DNA from: Lama glama
Taxonomy: Eukaryota
Direction: 5' to 3'
NCBI GenBank assembly: GCA_028534125.1
Contig: CM052850.1
Location: 9,052,001-9,116,000, forward strand
DNA length: 64,000 nucleotides
Both the position numbers and the translations under genes were made by a program. Numbering within the stretch: position 1 is the first letter of the stretch; each line of letters begins with the position of its first letter. Below, in pieces: positions 26,601-37,976 of the stretch. The notes beneath the pieces were generated by a model that was not told the origin of the DNA, ran no database searches, and saw nothing but the letters and a program-made list of their open reading frames with translations.

Positions 26601-28474
26601 TTTATGAAAAGACCTCACTGTAGCTTATTCATGTTACTGTGGACGTTTATTTAACATACCTCCATTTAGCTGCGACACTGCTTAAAAATACAGTATGTTT
26701 CTCGCACATCCATTCCATTCACAAAGAGTTAAATTTTTTTCAGCAAGAAAAAATAAGGTACGAGAGAAGATTTAGGGTGGTGTTCTTCATACAATCACTT
26801 GAAATTTAAAAGCTGAAACGCCCTTTTTGTAAATCTTGTATTCTCTGATTTTTGCTTAAGTGGGCTGATTTTAACCCCTTAGAATAAGTTCAAAACAATG
26901 CCATTCCACTTGGCAAGTTCTCTTTTTAATAATGGTTAAAAGTTTCTACTTCATACTTTATGAGTGTCTGCTTTGGGTATAAACTACACAGGAAATTAAA
27001 GTTAAGTTAACATACAAATCATGTTTGCTGCTTTCAAAGGGAGACATTTCAGTTGGCAAAACCTGATTTACTTCTGCAGAATATGAAGTGGTGTCATGGG
27101 ACACAACTATTCAGTGAATACTTGGTCTGCTGTCTGGGAACAGTTAGCAGACGGAATTCCAGTTGGCTTCTGGCTGTTTCCTACATGCTAATCACCCAGT
27201 CCTAGGTAGTCCAAAACTCAGCCTCCAAACTGAACTATTAACCCCCAGCCGAAACTGCTTTTGTAAATTCTGGAAATGTTAGAATTTGCCAATTTGCTTT
27301 AAATTTCAATGTCTTAATACAGTTTTCTGGGAAGAGACTCTGAAGTTGTCCCACTGTAGGAGTGTGAGCTCTGCTCTTAGACCATCGTATCTTGTACTAA
27401 ATGACTTTTCTTTCCATGCCAGGTCCCATTCTTTAAATATGGTTATCCCACAGGAAGGCTCAGGATTTATTAAGAAAGTCTAGAATGGATAAAGAGTTAC
27501 ATTAAACCTGTTTTAAAGGTAGGCTAAATTTTTACATTAGGGAATCACATATTAGCATGGAAAAAGAGACGTATTTTTGCTCTAGCTAACTAACCAAATA
27601 AATCAACAGGAATTAGTGTCAAAGTGTAGTTATCCATGCCTTAAATTAGATCACTAGAAAAAATTAAGTATTTTCCGTGTCAGCCTTCACTGTAACCTAT
27701 GAGGAGGTAATTATATAAGTGAATAGAGAAATTACATTTGTCCGAACACTTCTAGAGATGTGATATTTTGCTTCTTCCTTGAACTCTGAAATTAACTAGC
27801 CAAATTTATCGACCGACTACCAAAAAACAAGTTCTCATTCATTGTTGAATATGCTTTTGGCATGAAGCAAAACATATTGGCACGAGAAACCCTCTAGAGC
27901 AAGCAATGCATTAACTTTTCCCTTGTAAACCACCTCGTGCTTCTGGTAAAGTTTTATGCTTAAGGAATCCTAATTTAAAAAAAAAAAACACTTCATAGCA
28001 GTCTTATGAAACAAAGAGGAAAGAAAAAAGGATCTAAATAGGTAATTATGGAGTAGGTGGAAACATTAATAATAGACAACATAATTTCCATCAGTCAAAA
28101 CAGAATGTGGGAAAATAAAATATATATCATTTAGGTCTAAGCCCATCATCTCTTATCTCTTAAGAGTTACACTGAATGGACTGTCTGGTAGGTAACCTGG
28201 GAAACTCGTCCAAAGCAATTCCAAATATATACTGGGGTAGGTCAAAGGTCCCCAAAGGAGAGGGCTGCCAGACAACCTACCTTGGTCGAGACAACATACA
28301 GAGCCTCAAAGGGTCAGCAGTTTTCAAGAGTTAAACCCCCAAAGTCTGACATACCATGAGCAGTGAAGGTAAGTGATGGATGCATTAGTAAAACTGGTTA
28401 CTTGCCTACTGATGTCCACACATGCGACTACTCATGATTTACTGCAACGGTTATCAAATATTTTGCTTTCGCGT
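23625..28474 (-). other. DNM3: DNM3 long 3' UTR (~4.9 kb)
   Basis: AT-rich stretch with no obvious interspersed repeat, running from the gap to an AATAAA on the minus strand (tttatt at 23646-23651). Confidence 0.7.
23646..23651 (-). terminator. DNM3: Poly(A) signal AATAAA of the DNM3 long 3' UTR
   Basis: tttatt on +, positioned at the end of the UTR-like block. Confidence 0.6.
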
Positions 28475-28606
28475 NNNNNNNNNNNNNNNNNNNNNNNNNN
28501 NNNNNNNNNNNNNNNNNNNNNNNNNNNNNNNNNNNNNNNNNNNNNNNNNNNNNNNNNNNNNNNNNNNNNNNNNNNNNNNNNNNNNNNNNNNNNNNNNNNN
28601 NNNNNN
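28475..28606 (-). other. DNM3: Assembly gap inferred to hide the acceptor and coding part of the canonical DNM3 terminal exon (SRRPPPSPTRPTIIRPLESSLLD-type tail)
   Basis: On the minus strand a pyrimidine tract (ctacttgtttcttt) runs straight into the gap, and a long repeat-poor UTR-like stretch follows it. The canonical tail was not found elsewhere in the window. This is inference only. Confidence 0.7.
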
Positions 28607-31521
28607 AAAGAAACAAGTAGAATATCTAGTAGAAGGTTGTCCCAAAGACATCGAGAAAAAGAGCCATCACGCGCATGCGCATGCACTGACAGGCCAGCGG
28701 GGGGCGGTCGCCACCTGCAATGATTTAACACGATCACCCTTCATTCACTCAGCATGTTGTAACAAAAGTGAGGTATTCTGTCATATGCAGAATCTTGCTA
28801 GAAACTGAAGTTGTCCCTCCCAATACTAATAAAAATATTAAATCATTTAAAAGCCATCTGAAATACACTGCATATTTCTCAGCCAACAGCCTATGAACTG
28901 TGCTACGTTACACCCACTCCGAGAATGAATAAGGTATTGAGGCCTCAGAGATTGACAGGGTTTGGATTTTTATTGCCCTTTATGTAATATTCTCCTTCTT
29001 TTTCTCCCTGTCAGGATGTTAATTATCACTTTTCATTGCCTTCAGCAATAACTTTCTCCAATTTGTTCTACATTTTACTTCTAATTTGCAGGGCACTAGA
29101 AAACCAGAAAGGTTTTTGAATTCTCTGCAATAAGTGTAAAGAGGCTCAGGGTGAGTGCCTGAGTAAATTGCTCGAGCTCTGGTTCCTATTCTGGGTCTTA
29201 ACATTTTTATTCTTAGTAGCAGTATTGCTCACTTTCTAGTGGGTAATGGTGTTTCTAATAGCTGAGGTCACTGATAAACTTCAGATAATGAAATGTCACT
29301 GTAGCTGAGAATCTCAGCTTTACCAGCTAATACTCTTTATTCCCTGAACCCGTACATTTATTTCCTAATGTATTCATAAGCTTTCTGTTTGTGGACTTGA
29401 CTGTCTTATGTAATGTCTCAGAGAGTAATATTTATAACCAACAAAATTCAACAAATTCAACAAACGGAAACCTTTCTTCTTCATAAAACTCTTCCACTGA
29501 TGTTTTTTTCTGAAAGACCCCTTCTGGAATTACAGCCATGTCATGTGTCCTGAAATTTTCTTCTGGACTGGAAACACTAAATTGATCAAATCAAATGTTC
29601 TTTCTCCAGATGAAGGGGTAAAAGTTAGAAAAGTTAAAGAAAACAGTTGTGAAATGTTAAAAAAAAATTACAAAGCTAGAAAATAACATCAGATGGCCAA
29701 GGAAGAAGCAAAGCAGAAGAGATACTGTCGCTTAATGGTCAAAATACTGTCCTCTTAGGCACAAACTCACAGATAATAGGAGAGCTCCTTTTGTCTCCTG
29801 CACTTGAGAAATGTCCAAGAGGCTTTAGAGGAAGGGTTCCCTTGGGAAAGCGCATTCCAGTTTAATCTATTACTAAGCTGACACTCAATTTCTGGAGGTG
29901 TAATTAGAGATACTTTACAGGCACAGTTTACAAAACTAAACCAATCACTCTGAGTAAACAACTAAGTCCTCTTCCTGCAGAAAGGCTCCTGGCTACCACG
30001 ACCACCTGTAATGTTTTGGCAATTTCCTGCTGGGAAAAATCGTTCCATAATTTCCTTTTTAATTATGACCATGCAAAAACACCTGCCCTTTCACTAGTAG
30101 ATTGCTCATTTTCATTTAAAATGGCCATATTTATGAAACTTATGGCCCAAATTTGAACCTGCATCCTTTTCTCCTTTGATGTGAAGTTTCTAGAGGCCAG
30201 AGGTTATGTCCACTTGACTTGTTTCATAGAGTGTTTAGCCTGGTGTTGCCTGCAATTACGTCCTCAATATGCTCTTGTTCATCTGCGGAAACTGCTCTTC
30301 ATCCTTCAGGGCTCACCTTGGTGAAGTCTTCTGTGACCTACCGTCCCCCATCTTGATACAGTGGCTCCTGTAGCATCTCAACCTATTTCTGTAATTAGGC
30401 TTATGTGTTTATTTCCTTGTTTAGAAATGGGCTGTGTCTTTCTCATCTTCGTGTTCCTGCAGTGTCTAGCTCAGTGCTTGTCATTTAGCCACTGAATGTA
30501 TGACAACTGAATAAGAGGAAGTTACTCCTAGAAGTACGAAACAACTTACGAATGTCTGTGCTAGCCACTGACGTTTACCTTATGAGGGTAAATACCTTAA
30601 AGGGTATTTTATTTTAGTAAGTCATTGCTGTTGCAAAAAAAAAAAAAAGCTACAGTGGTATGTAGGCTTTGACTCTTGGAAACGCTACTTACAGGATATT
30701 TGATTGCCGAATTGTTTAGTTAATGTTTGTAACAAATACTAAATAATAGGTCCCTCCTCAGGGAGTCTGACAAGTAGTCACGTGACCTACAGAGATACAA
30801 TCCTAGCATTTAAGCAGTTATGGGGGGCAAGCAGTTGGCCAGAATTTGAACTTGAAAAAGGGAAACACTACCAGAAGATTCGATAATAGGATGGACTTAA
30901 TTAGAGGATTTTATTTGAAAAAAGTAGATCTTAAACTGCAAATGCAGGGACAGGCAGCATACAGTGTGGCATGGTGGGTCAAAAATTTTTTCATGCATAT
31001 ATGAGAGCTCTGACCAAGGGTAGTAGCCAGAGAGAAAGGAATGCAAACTGAGTTCTCTTCGGATCATTTGTTCTTGGCTCAAATGTCACCCCTCAGCCCT
31101 TCCTGCTCATCCTACAGTTTCCAACCACCACTCCTCATCACTTCGTGGTGTTTATATATTTTACAGCACTTAACCTTGTTTGTCATTATGGATTTATTTA
31201 CTAGATTATTGCCTGTGTCCTCCAATAGACTGCAAATTTCTTGAGTGCAGAGACCAGTTGTTTTATATTTATTATGCACATTCAGCATTACTATGAGGTG
31301 ATTAGAAGGAAGTGAATAAATGTTTATTAAATAGTAGACAAGCAAATGAATGACTGAAAAGTACCTAAACAAAGATGTTTATCCAGGTTTACTTATAGGC
31401 CAGGTCAAAGTGAGCAATGAGGCCAGAAACGCATTCTTTGGAGGCATTTGTCAGAGGCTTATATTTGAGGCAGCAAGTTTACACAGAAGAGCCCTTGCTC
31501 AGAAGTCAAAGGTATGGATTC

Positions 31522-31665
31522 CACGGGGGGTGGGGGGAACAGCTCAACGGTATAGCACCTGCTTAGCATGCACGGGGTCCAGGGTTCAATGCCAGCACCT
31601 CTGTCTTAATGAATAAATAAATAAACCTAGGTACCTCCCCTTCCACCAAAAAAAATTAAAGAAAG
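31522..31665 (+). mobile_element. tRNA-derived SINE (camelid Vic-1-like)
   Basis: gggg...agctcaacggtatagcacctgcttagcatgcacggggtccagggttcaat, then (taaa)n and an A-tail. TSD aaaggtatggattc / aaagatgtggattc. Confidence 0.85.
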
Positions 31666-33607
31666 AAAGATGTGGATTCAAGATCCAATTGCCCATTTGT
31701 ACAATCATTAACCACTAAACTTCTCTCCACCTCAGTCTTCTCATCTGTGACACAGGAAACTCAGACTAGACGATCTGTAACATATGCCTTCCCATCATGC
31801 ATTACATGCATTATTGAGCATCTACTATGTGGATTGCACTATGCTGCATGATTTTTTAAAAGTCAAAATCTATGCATAGTGGAAGACAAATGGGATTAGA
31901 CAAGTCTGCAAGTAGCCTTGCTACAGCACCCCATTTTAAGAGGAAAAAAATGGGGCAACATTTTGTAATTCAGACCCTCAGATTATATTCTCAGAGCTTG
32001 AAAAGACAATAATGTGGTTAAAGCAGGGGCAACTATGATTTCAACTGTGGCATATAAAATCTGAAAGTCATAAGAGAATTTAGGTCTATAATGAGGTTAA
32101 AGAAGCTAGAAATTAAGTGATAAGGACTGGAGGGAAGAGTTCCATGGTGGGGACAGAGAAAGACAGAAATACTCTGACGGCACAGTGACTTCTCATTGAT
32201 CCCCTCCCTGATCTTTGGACCACGCTGATGGGACAAGACAAGGTCAACAATACTGGGCGACTGCAGAAAGAAGGCAGGGCAGGAGACCAGGAGAACAGAA
32301 CCTTCTGCTACGTGCCAGGTCCTCTGTTTATCTTGTTCACTACCATATCCCAGAACTCAGCCTGGTCTTTGACTCATGCTATTTTTTTTTTCAAATAAAT
32401 AAATCAGGAGAACCTATCCATTATGAGCTCTTTAAGGGAGTCCCTAGGGCACTGGACAGGCACTGCATACCTGTGTGGTGAATTAATGATTGAAAAAAGT
32501 GAAAGATACAATTTCCCTCATGTTCTTTTAAAAGAATTAAGACATCTTTAAAATATGCCTAGTTTCAGGCTAAAGTAACCCATGCATGTACTTAGTAATT
32601 AAAAAAAATCCCTCAACCCTTTTGGAAGACAGCACCCATTTTATTTCCCAAACAATAACCCCTCAATAATCTGTAAAGAAAGCAATTAAAGAGGAGACTT
32701 AACTTGTTCAGTGTGAATTTTCTTAATAAGTAATGAATGCTAAGATGTTTGCCAACTTCAACACTAGAAAAACATTTAAGGTTTACTGTTAAGGTTCATT
32801 TCCTTGGTCCAGTTCCTAACCATTCAAAGGGTTTCCAAAGACATTCACCTCATAAGACAGTTTGTTTTGGGCCAAGCAGAGTTATTTGTTTTGTACCAAG
32901 TTTTCCTCCCTTTCTTTGTGCGGTGATGGGCTTCATTAAGTAACCTGTTATATTGAAGAGGAGCATCTTGCATCACTTAGTGTTTATTGAAACACTGTGC
33001 TGTGTGTGGGCGGTTTATGGCTACGACAGAAGAGCCCTGTTTCTGCTTCTCAATCAAAGGGAAAGATGCAATACTTGAAGTTGCATTTGTAGCTGCAGGG
33101 GACTGCAAGGATTGTTTACAGTATTTTGGACAATGACAGATTTTGTAAGAAAGCCAAAGGCTCATGCAGGGTGGGTGGCACGGCGAGGGGAGAAACTGGC
33201 TCTGCTGATAAGAGAGAAGAAGGCATCGTCTGTCTTACAGTCTTGTTCGGTTCTCTTCTAAGAATGCAAGAACGAAATTTTCAACTGCTCTTCTTGGGGT
33301 TAGCTGGTTCTGAGTGCTCATGATGTGAGGCCAGTTTTAACAGGGGTACGTGAGGATGGAAACTTCCTTTCCTCTAGCTTCTTGCTTCCTGGCAGCATAA
33401 CACTGATGACTGAAATGGTTTGGTCTCTGTGCCCCTGCCCTTATTCCTCCTCAGGATGGGAAGTGGGGTTGATCTGCCTGGTAAATGTGTGAGTGAGACC
33501 TAGTCTACCTAGCTCAGGCTCTGACCTTTCCTATGCTTAAACCAAGACATCATGACTCCCGGGCTAGGATTCTTTCCATTGGGCAGTTACACTGGCAGGT
33601 TCTGAGG

Positions 33608-33770
33608 CTATGGTTCTCAAATTGGACCGTGCATCAGAATTTCCTGGAGGACTTGTGAAAACACAGGCTTCTAGGTCTCACACAGAATTTCTAAAGGACT
33701 GAGACATTTCTGGCAAGTTCCTGGGTGATGCTGATGCTGTTGGTCCTTGGACTAATCCTTTGAAAAAACT
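33608..33770. mobile_element. MER5A-like hAT DNA transposon remnant
   Basis: tggttctcaaatt...gcatcagaatttcctggaggacttgtgaaaacaca...caagttcctgggtgatgctgatgctg. Confidence 0.75.
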
Positions 33771-36700
33771 TTTCCAAGACATAATAAATGATTTTGTCCT
33801 TGCTTTATTTGCAATTCAATTCATTCACCAGATACAGGAAGAGTAAAAAGAAAAAAGTGCTGGAAAAAAAATCTTTAGAAGGATGAAGAAATGGTTGTAG
33901 AAATACTTTGATACCTTTGGAAATTAGCATGGGTCAAATTAGTTTTAGGTTTATTTTGTAAAGACCGAGATATTATACTATGGTCGTTTTTTGGTGAGTC
34001 ATCACCAGAGGAATAACTACTTGTTTAGGGAAGCTGGTATTTGCTTATGAAAATGGCAGTAGGTATAGAAACAAAGCGTATCTCCCATGTATTCCAAATT
34101 GTCATCTTTGGAGAGGGTGTTATTGAAGTTCAAACTAATTAATAAGATGGACTCAAATTAAAACATAAAAGAAAACTCTCAAAAAAAGACCAAAGATTGA
34201 CATGGCTAGAGGAATAGTATCTACCTAAGATGATAGTTATTTGCATAAAAAAGTATATGCAGAGAGTTGACTTCTACTACAAGTTCTACTTATTAAATAT
34301 AATTGAAGCTTTAACATATAACTGCCTCAAAATTTAATTTACATGTAATTGCATTTAGGAGCATAAGAGAGTTCATACATCCCAGGTTTCCAGGAGTCAT
34401 GAAAATCTGATACCAACTTGCCCAAGTTTTTAATCTTATTGATGAAACAGGTCAAAAGTAAAAGAGAAGGATTTTGCCTACCTCACTACAAGAAGAAAGA
34501 CATCTCCTTTTATGGGGCTATAACTGGTGAATTTCTTAGAAAGCAAAAGAGATCGAAAACAAAAATTGCTTCTGAGTTTTCTAAAATTGTGAAGAGCACC
34601 TCTCACAGTGGACTCTGCGGAACTGGGTTCCAGAATGGCTCCAGGCAAAAATGGCTCTGGTGGCATCAGTCAGCTGGGTTGAGGGACGCCCACAGTAGTC
34701 CCCTCCCAGGAACTGAAACTTCTTGCTTCTCTACGACCCTCTGGAATTACTTAATTCTTGTACATAATTTTTCAACGTTTAAGGCATATATATATATAAT
34801 TTGTCACCTGAACAACGTTATAAACTTCCTATGATCTGAGATTACTCCTGTCCTGCTTGCAGCCTTCCACAGCACCTGTAGGGGGCAGTGTCCTAACCAG
34901 AAGTTCAAGAACATGAATGACGGCGTATCCCCAAGGATAAATCAGACAGGAGCGCACCTCCAGGTGAAATGGAAGGGCAACTATGACCCAGGACTTCCTC
35001 TTGCCAGTGTCTGCTCTCAGAGAACAGACTATAGGATACAGTATTTTAAATTTCATCACTGTGTTGTGCTTTGCTTCATATTTTGAGCACTTATTCAAAA
35101 AACAGGTTTGACATATCTGAAAGGTCTAAGGCTAAGTTCAAAAAACTGCTATAAACAGTAATGATTTTGTCCACATGGAGGATAATATTTTGTAATTTAT
35201 TATCAAAAATAATATAGGATGCTATCCAGCATATTTTTGGCCTTTTCAGCTTTAGTAACAGAGTGAGCCAATACTGTCCAGGAATAGTTTACAGTCGATG
35301 TTGGAAAGAGCAAAGAACTTGGAGCCCATTTAAAGGATTTAAAAATTCTCTCCTATGATACCTGCTACATTTTAGAGCCAGCACGTCTTTCTCTTGTGAA
35401 AATGAACCCATGATTTTATAATGTATGTCACTGGGAAAGTATGAATCAATTGATGGAATTTGAAATAAGAACATAAGGAGAAAAACAGTCCACAGTTTTT
35501 ATTTGATGATGCAAACACATAATATGCTGTATAAATTAGTCTCCGAAATAAATGGTGATATAATCTACCTTGCCACATTTGCTTTATTCTAAATATCTAA
35601 CTTGGATTTCAACCATAAGGATAGTACAGACAAACCCACTTCTATGGTTGCAACAAAAAGGCAGCTCAAATGATGATTTGCCCACATGAACTCTGCTCTG
35701 TGTACAATCTGTAGAAAGAATTTTACAGGAGCATTCGCACAGGCAAGGTTTTCAATAGAACAGAACAAGAGAGAAAGTGTTTGTGTTTAAATTGTTCCTT
35801 AAAATACACTAAGTATTGGGCTAATTCTAAAAATATATTTTGATGAAGCATTGCACATCAACTCATTCTATTTTCGTTCGTTCCTCAATAAGCCCCGTTT
35901 GTGTCCGAGGTGCTGTGTGAAGAGTTAGAGGTACAGAAGTAAGGATCGTCACTGCCCAGGAATTTCAAGTTGTGTTGGGGAGAGAGACAAGTGAACAGCG
36001 ACACCAGTGGGGTAACTGCTACAACAGGATTACGTCTCAAGAGTTTCAGGGACACCTGGAGTCTTAGCCTGGCATTGGAAGAGGTCGAGGGGCTGGAAAG
36101 TCTTGAGGAAAACAGGGAAGGTTGAGGGGACTGGCAATCTTCTCTTGCAGGAATAAGAGATAGTATGTACGAAGGGGGGAAAAAAGCCAGAAAAAGTCCT
36201 GTCAGTTTGAGAAATCAAGTGCCGTCTTATTCTTTATCACGAGTGGCAAAATTCCTTGTTTTGCTCCAAATCCTAATTTCTAAAACAAATAACTTTTAGA
36301 GGGTTTTTAGTTGTTTTAAAAGATGATTTCCACAAAGCATTACTTCTGAGCTTAATTTTTATATTTTAGCCTCTGCATTGTATCACTGATGACAGAGAAG
36401 CTGGGTAGAGAAAAAGACTAAAAGATACACAAAGCAGAGGGTAAGAGGAATACAAGGCTGAGAAAACTACACAGAGAGAAAGGATGCTGTTTTAAAAGAG
36501 ATTTACACACATATGGCTACTGGATGGAGTGAGACAGTGTCCCCTCTGATAAGTCTGTTTCTGTCTCTCCCCCGCCATCCACCCCCACCCCACTCCACCT
36601 CTCTCTCTCTCTTTCCAGAAATCCCCAAAGAGACCTCCAAGAACTTACATGCTGTATGCAGAAACCTAGTCCCACTGATGGTAGCTGGGATACAACTATT

Positions 36701-37929
36701 TCTAACCCTCTTCATCCTCTTCTGTCCCCTTCTCCTGCCTTCCCCTCACTCCCACCCCAGGCACCAGGGGAAGGGGTTGGCCAACTCAGACATTTGGGGG
36801 AAGGAGGAGAGGTTGGGAAGGAGGTGCTAAGGACTAGCTACTGGGAGAGGCAAACTTCCCCTTCTGAGACACACACTCCTTTGTCATCCCAAGTCAGAGA
36901 GAAGAAGAAAAAGAAGCAGAGAGGCAAGGGGAAAAGGCAACACCCGGGATCTCAATATGAAACTGTAAAATTCATTTCTGCTTTGGAAAGGTGGAAGAGA
37001 TCTTTTGCCCCTTTCCGAGAGACAGCAAGAACCTTCCCGGCATGAGTATCTGACGTGGGGCCCTACCTCAAAGAGGGTAAATATGTAATTAAAAATACTG
37101 ATGCAAAAGTTAACTTTCCAGTTCCTTTTACTTTTGTAACAACAACCACAAAATCTAGCACGAGGAATTTGAAGACTTAGAGATTTATGTTGCACCAATG
37201 TTTCATTTCTGTCTGACCCGTGAGAGGCGGTGAATTAAAAGGCCAGTTTTAAATGCACCACATGGTATTTTTCTGGTCACTTTTATCAGTCAGTCCAAGT
37301 GGGAAAAAATGGGGACAACAAGTTAGCGTTTAATTAGAATCCCAGTGAGTAAACAAAAAAAATTCCAGCAGGAGGAGCTCTAACATGCCTGAGAGTGGCT
37401 TCAAACTCTAAAAACAAAAAGGTTGAAAGCAAACAGAAAAACAGAGAGGCAGTGTGCCCTGCAAGCTGCCTTGTCAGTGAACAAATATGTGACCGAGTCC
37501 AATTAAATGCTTAGTGCGAAGCCAAGTGATGATACTGGTGGAGACAGACCGGCCCCCATCCTCTCCCTCGCGTTCTGATGCCGTGAAGCTGGGAATGCAT
37601 CTGCGGTGCTGGCTCTTACAAAGAAGGGAGCGGAAGGCTGATTTCTGGGCAAGTCTAGGAGTCATTCTTTTCCTCCTGAAGTGTGATATTGTTTCTAAAT
37701 GAGTCTTTGCCACTGGCTCAAAAACTGTATTTTAAAATGACATTTTCAGCGGTGTTTGAAGGCACTACGAAAACGCCTGAACGTTCCATCTCCTTCACTC
37801 GGTGGCTTGTTGAGCGCTTTTTGAAAATGAGGGAAATGCTGTGTTTGTAAAAACTAGTGCTAAAAGGGCAAGGAATCATACGTCCCCTGGGCCGTGTAAA
37901 GAGTCTGCAGAAAGAATCAGAGCTTTCTA

Positions 37930-37976
37930 ACACACACGCACGCACACACACACACACACACACAGACGCACACACA
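37930..37976. repeat. Imperfect (CA)n microsatellite
   Basis: acacacacgcacgcacacacacacacacacacacagacgcacacac. Confidence 0.9.

Noticed and set aside
28607-28714. Acceptor ttgcag|GTGGCGACCGCCCCCC giving RWRPPPAGL... as the DNM3 last exon
   Set aside because: Poor pyrimidine tract and no match to the known tail; a better acceptor context leads into the gap. Cannot be fully excluded as a minor site.
31522-31600. tRNA-like A/B boxes (also near 48310-48370 and 63650-63715)
   Set aside because: SINE heads with TSDs and A-rich tails, not tRNA genes.
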